A stretch of DNA of 64,000 nt. It comes from Schmidtea polychroa (Eukaryota). Positions 10,423-23,000 of this stretch are shown here, in pieces. The notes under the pieces were generated by a model that did no database searches, was not told the origin of the DNA, and saw nothing but the letters and a program-made list of their open reading frames with translations. The stretch lies in contig CM097885.1 in assembly GCA_044892525.1 (NCBI GenBank), forward strand, positions 41,542,001 to 41,606,000. The letters are read 5' to 3'. Each line of letters starts with the position of its first letter. Within the stretch, counting starts at the first letter, position 1. A program made the translations under genes and the position numbers.

Positions 10423-11031
10423 ATGGAAGAAGTAAGAGAAGAAAAAGTTTACCCAGAATTGTCATCAGGATATTATTCCCCCAAACCTTCGGGAACTTCG
10501 GGACCTTCAGCTCCCACAGAACTTGAAATTATGAGAGTAAAAGAATTTAAGTCAGAAACCTTACATTTACAAGATTTATTAAAGCATTATAAAAAAATTA
10601 AAAATAGATGGAATAAAGGGAATACAGTTTTAAAAGTTATAGGTTATTCTTTAGGATTTGCATCTGCAATATTAACAGTTATTTTACCTATAACTTTACC
10701 AGTTTTAACACTTGCGCCAGTAATACTTGGAAGTATTTCTGTGGCTGATGGTTTCTTAACTGAAATAGTTTCATTATCTTATACTTCAAAAAAGAAAAGT
10801 TTATATCGTGAAGTTTGTTTATCAATAGAATTAGGAATCTCTAAATTATTTTTATTTCAATTAAAAGCTTTGGAAGATGGAATCTTAACTGATGATGAAA
10901 TAATGAAATCAAATCAAATAATACAAGATATTAAAAATAATATTAATAGATTGAAAAGTGCTAATGTTATAACTAATGAATATTCTAAAAAAATTAAACG
11001 AGAGAAATGGTTAAAGAATTCTTATTTATAA
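10423..11031 (+). CDS. Two-TM membrane protein with YPEL and PSAP motifs
   Basis: N-terminal VYPEL and GPSAP; hydrophobic hairpin VIGYSLGFASAILTVILPITLPVLTLAPVILGSISV. Confidence 0.75.
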   Translation: MEEVREEKVYPELSSGYYSPKPSGTSGPSAPTELEIMRVKEFKSETLHLQDLLKHYKKIKNRWNKGNTVLKVIGYSLGFASAILTVILPITLPVLTLAPVILGSISVADGFLTEIVSLSYTSKKKSLYREVCLSIELGISKLFLFQLKALEDGILTDDEIMKSNQIIQDIKNNINRLKSANVITNEYSKKIKREKWLKNSYL

Positions 11032-11109
11032 AATGGGTGTATTTTTAAAAAAGTAGATCAGGTTGCTATAGTTGCTTAAATTAATTGTCGACATTTTATT
11101 ATTAAAAAA

Positions 11110-14100
11110 TTAAATATCGTTGAAAGCCAACCTATGAATCATTAATTTATGATCTTTAAATTCTTTATCACTTAGACCTTTTATATATTCAGGATCAGTA
11201 TTAAAATATTTAAGTTCTAAACATATAGGATTAAAAGCTTGAGAATATAAAGGCTTCTCGATTTCTCTCTCGGGATAAATGATTTCAACATTATAAATAT
11301 CAAGATCAGTATTTTTTGTATCATATAACTTATTCAACTTTTCTAGATTTTTTATTATCGGTATTAAATTATTTCCTATAGGAAGAGTTGTCTTTAAATC
11401 ACTTAGGATGAATCTCTTATCATCATAATTTGATAATGATACTTTTTGAGATTCTATCAAGTGAATATCATGGTTTTCGCTTTTAATCTGATGCACTTCA
11501 TCAATTTTATCTTTATGATTTGGATTCAATGTATCTATATAATCTTGATGAGAAAGATTCTTTGCAACGGATTTCTGTATTCCTTTACATCTGTTATCCT
11601 TTACAGGTTTTTCTTCTTGTCCCTCTGGTCCTTTAGGGAATATAGGATATTTATATGAAATAATTTCCTCTTTTTCTGGGGTTTTAAATATAATTTCTCG
11701 AATTTCAAATTTAGGATTTGTAAATGTTTCGTATGAATATTGTTTAGCACGAATAAATATTCCATTTTCTATATGAGTAAAAGGTTTTTCATCTTTAAAT
11801 GAAAATAATTCTCCAGTTGAATTTATTAAATTTGAAAGTATAGGATTTTCAGCTATATCTCTTTGTAAATCATGAGTTCTTATTGTTAAAAACATTGAAT
11901 CTGTATCCATTGCATGCATTGATATATTAGAACCATATATAGGTTGTAAGATGTTATAATATGTTTCATACATTTGTAATTTTGAAAGTTCTAAAATTGA
12001 AAACCCTATAAATATTGGTTTGTTGTATGTTTTCTCAAAATTCTTTAGTTCTATTGCAGTAAGATTTTCAGAAAATACTTGTGCGTTTTTAAATGTAGGC
12101 TTTCCTAGCATACGATTATAGCGCTTAATATCTTTGGTAGTATTAGTTAAAAGTTCAATATGAATATATATATCAACATTCTCCATTGTTTTCCCAAAGA
12201 CTGAATTGTTTAAAAGTTTATAATTATTATCTTTAAAAAGGTTACCTTCTCTTTTTGCAATGTTTCGGCACCTAATATTCTCCTCGATAAAAGCTTTCAT
12301 GAATGGCCTCTGTTTAAATCTTATGACACTATGAACTTTTTTTAATATCATACTTCGTGAAAGATAAAATTGGAGGAGTCTATAGTGACAAAGATAAAAC
12401 CTTCGATCTGTTTGATCACAAAGAAGTTTCATTGTTGGGGGTTTATCTTGTGAGATTTGCCATTTAGAAAGTTCGTTGATATCAATCTTTCTTCTTACAG
12501 GAGCTAATGGGAAATATCTTGTTCCTGATTTTATATCATCTGGATATAATAAGTCACATTCTACAAAGTAACCTATTGGAGAATCTTTAGGTGTTGAAAG
12601 TATTTCTTTTATAAGTTCTTTTGATGATTCTATTTCAATGAAATCACCCATTGGTAAATATTGAGTCATAATTCCTGAATATAAAGCTGTTGCATCTATA
12701 TAAAGTATAAATATAGGATTTTTCATTGTTTCTAATATTTCTTTTAATTCCTCATTGTTAATTTTTATATATGGACCAGAAGTCTTTGAAAGCATTCTGC
12801 TAGTAGTTATTGCATTTCTAGCTTTTATTTCTCTATTCCCCATTACTGAAGAGACTCCTCCTCTAATGTTTGTTTTAATTAGATTAAACATATCGAGGTT
12901 AGTTAAAAGATCTATAATTTTATCAGCTTCTTCTATATTTGAAGTCCAAATGGTATATAATAAATTATCCCAAGCTAAAGAGGGTGCTGTTATATAATTG
13001 TAAGGTTTAAGAACAAAAGATTTTGTAAATTCTTCAAAGCAATCTGCTAGAATATAAACATCCAAGGATAAATACATACTTGTATATTCTCCTAAAGTTT
13101 TACACTTGAATAATTCCCACATTTTATTTGCTCGAGAATATTCTTGATTTGTAATATGATTTTTTTGAAGTTGTGAATAGAAATCTTCTTGGCTAGGAAG
13201 ACTTGTTTCATTATATCTTTCAAACGAGTCAACATAGTCATAAGGATATATTCCTTTTGCTAAACATGTAGGATATTCTTCTAGAGGAATATTATTTTTT
13301 TCCAAGAATTCTCGAGTGATTTTAAAATCTTCTGGTTTCATTGTTTTAGCTATTCCATCTAGAGACATTTGAAGAAAGTTTAACGAGTCTATAAATTTTA
13401 ATTTTCCATATTCAACTGATTTATATTTTTCCTTTGTAAGTCCTACAACTTTGAAAGAGTTTTTAGCATTTGCTGCTAAATGTTTAATAAATAGATGTAT
13501 GTCATAACCAAAAAGATTATGAAATATAACAGGTACAAATTTAGGAGTATGACAATTAAGATTACAATTTTTATGAGCTGCTCCTCGATAATTATTTTCC
13601 TTTTTTAAATGATCATGATCGAGGACTTTTATATTCGGAGACTCTTCAAATGGTTGTTTACACATCCAACAGTTGGAAGTGTTTTCATATTCTTGTTGTT
13701 GTTGATTAGAAATATTTTGAGGATAGTTTGTTTTTAATACTTTAAATATTTCATGTTCTAGATCATTTATACTTTTAGTAAAATGATTCAAGACTTCTGT
13801 TTCTGAAATTCCTCGAAATGTATATTCTCTAGATTCTATGAGTTCAGGATAATTACTTTTAAATAATAATTTATAAGCAGATGGTAATTGTTTAGTTTTT
13901 TTAACACTATTAGGTTTATTCCTTTTTCTTAGAAAGGCTTTCTTCCTCTCTGGTTTCATCTTCTCTCCTGAGGAGTTCCAGGAATCCATGAGTTTATTTT
14001 TTTCTATTATTTTTAAATATTGATAAACCAAATCTTGTTTACGATTTATAGATTCAAAGTCCCCATAAAGCACTCCTACTGTTTGTAGTAAATTTGAAAA

Positions 14101-15416
14101 GTTTTTAAAATACACCTTGGGATTATTAGGCATTTTAATTAAAGCTGGATCATCTTTTTCACAAAATCTTGTATGTTTAATCATAGAGTTTTTAGTTGTT
14201 GAATAATGAAGACATCTTTTACATGTTCCTCCTCCACTAGTTGGATTCTCTGGTGATATAAAAGCTTGAAAGTTTTTTATTAAAACATAATGTTGATTAT
14301 TTTGTTGTTCCAAGATTAAAAGATATATCTCCCTAGTGTTATCCTGGGGTTCATTATCTCTAACTTCATAATCTGAAATATAAATTGGAATAATTTCTCT
14401 GCTATTAACATGTTTCCCTTTAACACGTTCATAAATATTAATTTTAAGATTATTTAAACTTTCAAATTTTGGAATGTCTTCTAGTTTCATTGGATGTTTG
14501 AATCCTTTGGGAAATATTAATTCATTTTCATATTGTTTGTATTTTGAAACTCTTTGAGGGTTTGATTCTTGAGGGTGTAAATGTGCAAGTATTGACCAGA
14601 CGAAACATTTGTTATCATTATTCTGTATGTTTATAACATTTTTAGATTTAAAGGGTGTAGGAATATAAGATTTAGGATTAGGTGGTAATCCTCTCCAATA
14701 ATCAATCACTAAAGTTTGGAAAGAGTTGAATACTAAGTTTGAATCTCCTAATTCATTTTCAACCTCTTCTTGTTTTGCTTCTACTGCTTGAATTATTTCT
14801 TTGATGGTTTTATCAAATCCTTTAGTTGAAAATAAATATTTAAAGGGTATTCCAATTTCAACATCTAAAGGTGTTGTCTTTTCTTCTGCTCCTCGCCAGT
14901 ATTTTGCTTTGATTATAATTTTATATTTTATAACATTATACCTTGTCGGTTTATAATTTTTTAAAGCTTCAGTGAAAGAATTTTTAATATTTTTTTTATA
15001 TATTCTCCAGGAGTTATAGGTCCATTGATTTCTAATTGAAATTCATCTACATGATTAAAATCATCCCAGTTATATTTTTCTCTTTCAACATGTTCAGGTT
15101 CTCCTTCTGAATGACATTCCTCATCGTCAGAATTTTGTTTTTTATTTTTACATTCTTTTATATGTTCTAAATAATAGAAATTTACTTTTGTTGAAAAGTT
15201 ACAATGAGGACATGTAAATATTTCTCTATTTTTCCCGATACAATTTTCAAAATGTTTATTATATCCAGAATGTAGAAATCTTCCTTTACATTTAGGACAA
15301 ACTTTTGAATTTGTATCATTAAGATTGTTTTCTTTTAATAAATGAGCTTTCGATTTTAAGTGAGAAATTAATCCAGTTTTATTTTTAAAAACTTTATTAC
15401 AAATATTACAATTCAT
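11110..15416 (-). CDS. Protein-primed family B DNA polymerase with N-terminal Zn fingers and endonuclease VII-like domain; one frameshift at A8 (14990-14997)
   Basis: IDATALYSGIM, KLLNNSVFGKTMEN, MDTDS; CWMC...DHDH...AHKNCN; the polymerase frame is open upstream from 14709 to the A8 run, where it meets Zn-finger ORF 14961-15416. Confidence 0.93.
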
Positions 15417-15429
15417 TTTTAGAAAAAAA

Positions 15430-15444
15430 TTTTTTATTGGATAT
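15430..15444 (-). promoter_or_regulatory. Putative element promoter motif ATATCCAATAAAAAA upstream of pPolB
   Basis: Identical to 3403-3417 with the same 28-nt spacing to the ATG (15416). Confidence 0.55.
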
Positions 15445-15495
15445 CCTGTTTTGATTTTTTTATGTTTTTATATTTATTTTCATAATGTGACAGTA

Positions 15496-16389
15496 TAAAA
15501 AATAACAAAAAATCCAAACCTAGATAGCGCAGTGGGCTAGACTGGCACAGTGGTTCAAATGGATGGTGGTTCAAATCCTAACTGTGGTTTTTTTTTCAAC
15601 ATAAAATAATATTAAAAATTTGAAAATAATAGTGTGGGTATCTTAGATTTATATTTTATTTTATTTATTTTTATTTTATTTTATTTATTTTATTTTATTT
15701 TATTTTTTAAACATAAATATGAAAAAAAAATTATTGAAACGGGTGATGGTGGCGAACCGGTAATTATCGCCACCTGTCTTTCGAACACCCCCGGATCGAT
15801 TCTTTAATGTGCACATTTATTTCTCAGTTGTTTTCGGACCTCTTTCGAATTCACTTTCGAATTCATTTGTACTTTCGAGCAGCACACTTAAAACGCCGAT
15901 GAAATCGTATTCGAGCGAGAAGCGAATAATAAGGTGTGCTGCTATTATCGGATTGATTCTGATGTATGAGTCTGGCCAGCTTGTATATTGGAAGAGATTC
16001 GATAAACGAAAGAGGTTGATAGATAAAAAAATGATCCAGATCAAAAAAAACTGTTGAGGGGACAGTGAAAAAAAAAATACCACTGTCCCCTCAGAGCAGT
16101 TTTACTATTTTTCATTTATTTTTTAATTTATATAATTTAAAATCAATAATCTGATAAAGATCAAATAGCCCTCTAACTTTTTCATAATGCCATTTTCTTT
16201 TCTATTCTCTTTTTAGTTTGAAGCTTTTGAGTTTGAGGCTTTAAAGATTAAGGGTGGTTGTTGTTTAAAATATGGGGTTAAAATACTATAAAAGTATAAG
16301 TTTTATGTTGTTTTTCTAATGGTTTAAGCATAATGGAGGTATGTTTTAGTTGGGAGGGTTGTGTTGGTTGGGTATATATACACACTACT
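15496..16389. repeat. Right TIR of Polinton A (intact AGTAGT terminus)
   Basis: Reverse complement of 2278-3163 plus 12 terminal nt; contains the mirrored structured domain at 15741-16103. Confidence 0.93.
15518..15587 (+). ncRNA. tRNA-like Pol III unit 1, right-TIR copy
   Basis: A box 15525-15535, B box 15568-15578, T9 at 15588-15596. Confidence 0.6.
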
Positions 16390-16505
16390 ACCATTCACTA
16401 AGATCAAATTCAATTTTCTATCTATGGGGTCCTATTCTCGGGGACCCCTTTGGTAGGGGCCGTTTTGCCAAGGAACATTTTGTCAGAGGCCCTTTTGACG
16501 GGGTA

Positions 16506-16653
<148 letters not shown>

Positions 16654-16849
16654 GCATTCTGCAAATAATATATCCTCAAGCCATTGATAAAAATAGCTTC
16701 ATGACTTATAGATTTAAGGAACTTTCAATAACAAAATGTCTATGAAAATATGAATTTGAGATTTAACAGTGATGCTTGTTTATTTTGATAATTTAAAATT
16801 GTAACCTAATACAGGAAATGTTAGTGAACATTCAAATAGAAATTGTCAG

Positions 16850-17075
16850 CTAATTAAATGTCTTTTTCATTTTTTTGTTGCAACATCTATAGAAAATATC
16901 TATAGAATTAAAACAAAAATGTTCATCAATTTCAGTCGGATAATTTTGTTCATTGTTACATTTGGAGCCAGTCAACAATTTTGTGTTGTTAAGATTCTCA
17001 TCTTCGATTTTACTCGCATTTCGACTCGTTCCTATCATTGTCGATTTTGGATAGAATTTTGGTTTTCTATTTTCT
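16850..17075 (-). CDS. OATP/SLCO organic anion transporter, last coding exon
   Basis: Phase-2 exon after a 50-nt GTGAG..CAG intron (17125-17076); reads ENRKPKFYPKSTMIGTS... to stop. Confidence 0.7.
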
Positions 17076-17125
17076 CTGAATGTTCCAAAGATTAAGACAG
17101 TAAGATGTGGTCAAATAGAACTCAC

Positions 17126-17321
17126 TTTATGCAAATATATGTCGACACGATCAACGTAAAATTTATTAATTTAATCGCTGCAACTGTTCCCAACCAAATA
17201 AAAGGCAAAATGGATAAATTGTATTCGTGACAAATACTGCCTTTTGTGCACAAATCTGGAACTCGAATTAAACAAGCGTAATCAAAAAGAGCTCCAAAAT
17301 ATAAAGGGACGGGTATAAAGG
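17126..17321 (-). CDS. OATP/SLCO exon (TM11-TM12)
   Basis: AFIPVPLYFGALFDYACL..CTKGSICHEYN, the OATP IP.P.YFG..D..C motif; TTTTAG acceptor, GTGAG donor. Confidence 0.9.
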
Positions 17322-17559
17322 CTAAAAATATAATAATGGCAATTAGTATAATATTTGGTAAGAAGTCTTTCAAATTAAACAAATTTTAGATAAAGTTTTT
17401 CTCCAATGTAACACCAAAAGAGACAGTACCAGAATTTGGTGTTATATAGGAGAATAAATTGATCTTTTATCTTAATGGAAATAAATGAAATGTTAAAAGA
17501 AAATAAAATTATATAAAAAAGTAAATATTTAATTACACTACAATCACTACTATGTTTAA

Positions 17560-17731
17560 AGTTCTTAAAAATAAACTTTCTTCTGATGTTTTCCTTTTTA
17601 TTGCAAGCTTTCTTTCCAAATGCCGATGTAAACCGATAGTTAAGGATCCTTTACAAGAAATTTCCACGTTAGATTTATTACATGTTGCGATTTTGTTAGT
17701 ATGTACAAATACCTTCCAAACCTTTTGGTAA
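17560..17731 (-). pseudogene. BED zinc-finger fragment of a hAT transposase
   Basis: KVWKVFVHTNKIATCNKSNVEISCKGSLTIGLHRHL resembles a decayed BED finger. Confidence 0.5.
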
Positions 17732-18633
17732 TGGTTGATTATCGGGTCATGCCTCTGTGTGCGCTTTTTACCTTTTTGGATTGTTGTGTGCGCACACAGA
17801 CGCGGACAATTGTGAATATTTTCAGAGTTTTGATCAATTTGGAATTTTGGTTTAAAAATCTTGAATATTTTTTGACGGTTTTGTTTTAAAAAGGATTTTA
17901 AGCGGTATTTTAGAGAAATTGATGGTTGGATTGGAATTCCTGTCTTTTTGGAAAATATATGGTTTTGCATCGAATTTTGGGATTTTTATGTCTATTTGAT
18001 TTTAATAAAATTGATATTCGCATTTTCTTCAATGAATTCAATTAATAACTCTAATTACTATGCTCTTCAATGCAACAGGGACGTTCACAAATCTCAGGAT
18101 GGTAAATATGTGACGTGCAAGGATGGATTTAGTGAAAGAATTGAATCTGATAACTCAATGGAAAATAATGATGATTCCTTGAATGTTTTTCATATTATTC
18201 GTTATAACTCAATGGAAAATGATGATGATGTCTTGAATGTTTTTCATCTTATTCGTCATATTCTTGTTGGAAGTTCCTTTTTTATTACTCCAAGAGATCC
18301 TGATAACAGAAATAGTGTTTTTGGCCAACTAATGTCAAATTTATTTGGTGGATTGCTGCCGCTGGATTTTAGATCCGATTTGTCAGATTACATATTTTCA
18401 GATCAAAGTTTTGACAAGTGTGTAACGAGTATTATGAATCAATTTGAACAGAGTGGTCCTCCACCAGCACATGAGGCAGATATTGAGAAATTACAAGTCA
18501 AGAAAATCACCGCGGCTAATGATACAGGTTCCATTTGTCTGTCAGATTATGAGGTGGCCGATGAAGTGTACGATTTGCTCCGTCGAGAAACGTGGATGAT
18601 TATAATAAGGACCAAGCTTCAAAGGACGATTAA
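17732..18633 (+). pseudogene. RNF126/RNF115-like intronless module, copy 1
   Basis: Decayed Zn ribbon (YYALQC...TCKDGFSE), DYIF..MNQFEQSGPPPA..IEKL, start of a RING-H2; homologous to 51450-52259. Confidence 0.7.
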
Positions 18634-18804
18634 TTTATTCATCATTCATTAATATTTTTATTTTTAAATTTAAATAATTTGCATAATCTTTTAAATCAAA
18701 ATTTGTTTTTGCATTTATTCCAACTGTTTTTAAAAAATCTAATATTGAAGGATTAGTCATTTTATATTTTATAACTTTGTATTTTATAACTTCGTATAAT
18801 TTAT

Positions 18805-19903
18805 TTCAATACAAAAAAATTTTTTCAATACAAAAACGATGGTCCTGGGATTTTCAATACAAATAAAATTTTTTCTATACAAAAATCCAACTATCAATAA
18901 AAAAGCCAAGGATTTTTCAGACTATAGTGAGGGGGTCTCGATGGTCCTGGGATTTTCAATAAAAATAAAATTTTTTCAATAGAAAAAGGTGGTCTACACT
19001 AAAAAAAAAGCCAAGGATTTTTCAGACTATAGTGAGGTGAGTCTCCTTGGTCCTGAGAAATAAGTGGTCTACACTAAAAAACGTGGTAAATTTTTCAATT
19101 AAAGTAAATAATGGTCCTAAAAAATTAAATTACAGTAAATTATGGTCCAAATTTTTCAAATACAGTAAATTATGGTCCTAAAAAATTTAGAATTACAGTA
19201 AATTATGGTCCAAATTTTTCAATTACAGTAAATAATGGTTCTAAAAAATTAAATTACAGTAAATAATGGTTCTAAAAATTAAATTAAAGTAAATTATGGT
19301 CCAAAAAATTTAAATTAAAGTAAATTATGGTTCTAAAAATTGAATTAAAGTAAATTAAGGTTCTAAAAAATTAAAATAAAGTAAATTATGGTCCAAATTT
19401 TTAAATTAAAGTAATGAATGGGCTCAAATAACTAAATTAAGGTTCTAAAAAATTAAATTAAAGTTAATTAAGGTCCAAATTTTAAAAATTAAGTAATCAA
19501 TGGTAAAAAAATTTTAAATAAGTAAATTAAAGTAATAATTTTTAAATAAGTAAATTAAAGTAATAATTTTTAAATAAGTAAATTAAAGTAATAATTTTTA
19601 AATAAGTAAATTAAAGTAATAATTTTTAAATAAGTAAATTAAAGTAATGTAATAAGTAAATTAAAGTAAGATTTTAAAATTTATTAACAAAAAGTTGAAG
19701 GTGTTTGAGAATTGAAATTTTTTAATGAAAATTTTTATGGAATAATTTTTTAAGTAATTTTTAATGGAAATTTTTATGAAATAAATTTTTAAGTAATTTT
19801 TAATGGAAATTTTTATGAAATATTTTTCAATGATAATTTTAGATGGAAAATTTTAAGATAATTTCAATGAAATATTTTTCAAAGTCAAATGAAAATTTTA
19901 ATG

Positions 19904-19938
<35 letters not shown>

Positions 19939-20017
19939 TATCGACCAAATACATAAAAATGAACTAGACACATAAAACACAAACAATTAACAAATGTAAA
20001 GATATAAAATTTATTCA
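18805..20017. repeat. Left TIR of Polinton B (lacks terminal ~169 nt)
   Basis: Reverse complement of 33296-34523; built from ~30-bp tandem subrepeats and (AAT)n. Confidence 0.92.
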
Positions 20018-20023
20018 ATAAAA

Positions 20024-23000
20024 TTAGTCCTCATCGGACAAAATAACGTCATCGATATCGATGTCATCTTCTTCATTAAATACTTCCTCATCTTCTCCAA
20101 AATCTTCATTTAATTCTTCCTTATCTTCTCCATCATTTTCTCCAACATTTTCTGAAACATTTTCTGCAACAATTTCTCCAACATTTTCTCCAATATTTAA
20201 TTCACTTAATCTTACATGCCCATATGCAAGACTAGTATTTTTCCCCACCCAAACCCTTTTGTCATCTTTGTTAGTAAGTGCTATTTTTGTGTTTTTAATT
20301 GTAAAAATTTGATGATTTTTGCTTGTTATTTTAGTCTGAGGAACCGAAAAAATCTGGTTAGTGTTATAACAATCCAGGTATGACTGATGTTTTATGTCAC
20401 TACCTTTCAATGTTACACCTTTAGCCTTTTTTGTTTCCTCATCACCCAACAAGCTATAACATTTAGGTCTAAGAAAAACCCACTCCTTATATTTAAGACC
20501 TTTATTCTCGTCTTTGAACTTTCCAATGACTGAATCAAGGTTCTTACTATATAAGGAATGACAACTATTGTAATTGGAAGTATCCAATAAATTATCTCGA
20601 ACCATTGCAGGTAAAAGAACCTCAAGTTTGCAGTTAATGACTTCGAGGAAAAAAGAATCTGTATCACCTGCAACGATATTAATTTTACAATTAAACTCAT
20701 TGCGAAATGATTCCAGATCCTTATATTGCAATTCATACATTCTAAGTTTAGATAGATCAAGTACAGATTGACCAATGTAACTCGGTCTATCTAAACATAT
20801 AGAATCTGAATTCAATAGTGCTGCAATTAAATTATCTGCTATTTTAATAGATTTTTTAAAAGTCGGTTTTGACGAATATTTAACTAATTTACCGGCAGTT
20901 GTACAAAGACGAAGATTCATTCTTCTCTTTAAATTTTCAACTGTTTTGCCGTATAAACTATTATTTAGCAATTTATAATAATTTTTATCTAAGCTATTTA
21001 CGCTTTTTGATCTTAATTCGGTATTTGTATCTATATATTTTTTAAAAATTGGTGATTGCTTAAATCTTACACCCCTATTTACACGTGTTACTTTAACACC
21101 AAGTTCCAAATATAATTTTAATAATCTCCAATGAATAACATAATTAGATTTTGGAAGATGAGTTAATAATAATTTTTCAACCTTAGACCCAGCAGGTTTC
21201 ATTTTTTCAGCAGCTACAGGTTAATCATCCAACTTATCATGAAGCTCAGAAGGAATTACAAGATCAACTTCAAGAGTGTATCCATAAGACAAAGATTCTA
21301 GATTTAAATTCCTACATTCATCCATTATTTTATCAAATCCATCAAGAACCCAACAAAATTCGCCACAAGGTAATGATTGACTTAAAGCCCAGCCATAAAG
21401 ATTATTAATATCTATATATAGTAACTCGGTGTTCTCGTCGGTTTTTACGTAATGCTTATTCACAAAAGTAAGACCGCCTCTTATTCCACCCTCATAAAAG
21501 CTAAACATTTCGTTTTCAGTTATGAGTTCAATTGGTTGGTCTAAGGACATTAATGCAGAAGACCAAGACATGCCTGGAATTCCGAAATAATTCAAAGGCT
21601 CTAATCTATTGTGAGCAATTGATTTCAACCTAAACTGATGAAAGAAATCAGCCAAAAGAAAACAATCAAGTTTTAGGTAGATCATCATATAATCTAATAA
21701 AGTTCTGCAATTAGATTCTACCCAAATCTCCTGAGCTTTTTCATACTCAAGCTCAGTGACACCCTCCCAGATTGGTGGTAATTCATACGTAGTTTGTAGA
21801 ACATCTAAAGAAGTGGCGAAATTATAAGGGAAGATTCCTTTTTCACCTACTATGGTGCCAGAAAAAGCCGAATTAGTAAAAGGCAAAGAATTCAAAGTTT
21901 TGACTGCTTTAGCCAAAGAATCATTGACAAATTGATATGAATCAATGAATCTTAGGCTAATTTTGCCTAAATGAGCAATCAAAGAAATAAATTTTTCCGT
22001 AGTTATTGGGATGCACCCTAAATTCCAATTTTTAAATTTATTTAATCCATATTTAACTATATGGTGCATATCCTATCCCTTCAAGTTGTGAAATACGATA
22101 GGCAAAATTTTATTTATTTTTCTATTTACGTTACATGTGCTACAAGCTGCACCCAAGTATTTGCCCGTAAAATGATCGTGATCTCTAACAGGATCCACGA
22201 TAGATTTCATGCAAAGATAACAAACCGATGAATTAACGAATTGTTGTTGCTCAATTTTCGTTAATTTAATCATTGGTTTCCTACCCATTTTTTAATAAAA
22301 AGGAAGAACCTTATTTAATGCTATATCCTCTATGGCACTTAAAAAATTCTCGACGCAATCTAAACCTATGAACTGCTGATAAGATTTAGATCCGTCAAAG
22401 TTATTTACTAGTAAAAGACCAGCAGATATTGGCATGTGTTGCTGAAAATGATCATTATCAGAAGGTAAAATAGCCTCAAAATCGGCATAAACTACGAAAG
22501 AAGGAGTTACTGTTTTCGACCAGTCAGTAAACTGTAAGAATTTATTTTGAGGGAAAGTATAAAGAGTAGTTCCTAATTGATTGCGTTTGCATAATATTTC
22601 ATGTTTTTCTAGTGCGTTTCTATTTTTAAAACCATTCAAACATCGATGACACCATAATGATTGTATACGTGTAGGACAACTAGTGTTTATGTGACAATTC
22701 AGTAACCTATTTAAATTGCTTATAGCAACGTAATGGAACTTGTTCCCTTTATTTAATAATAGTAAATTAATTATAGTTCCATTTAAAACTTTGGAACGAT
22801 GTATAATGTCTAAATGTGGGTGTTTTAAAACGTAATTATCTGTTAATTGTTTGTTATTGTCATAAGAAAAAACGTTAATTATTAAGCATGGATTTTTGGC
22901 CTCGAATTTTCTAATGTCTTTTAATTTCATGGGTAAGTCTAATGGATTATATATTAACTCAGATAAATTATAACTGGATGTCCTATTTCTAGCATAACTA

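Larger units (their letters stand above)
2278..16389. mobile_element. Polinton/Maverick (adintovirus-like) element A, defective
   Basis: ~890-bp TIRs; right end ...CACACTACT (AGTAGT on the reverse strand); 6-bp TSD ACCATT (2272-2277, 16390-16395); pPolB, rve integrase, packaging ATPase, adenain, capsid genes. Confidence 0.95.

Noticed and set aside
15895..15910. Hammerhead core in the Polinton A TIR (CCGATGAAATCG)
   Set aside because: Lacks CTGANGA plus a correctly placed GAAA/NUH and stems
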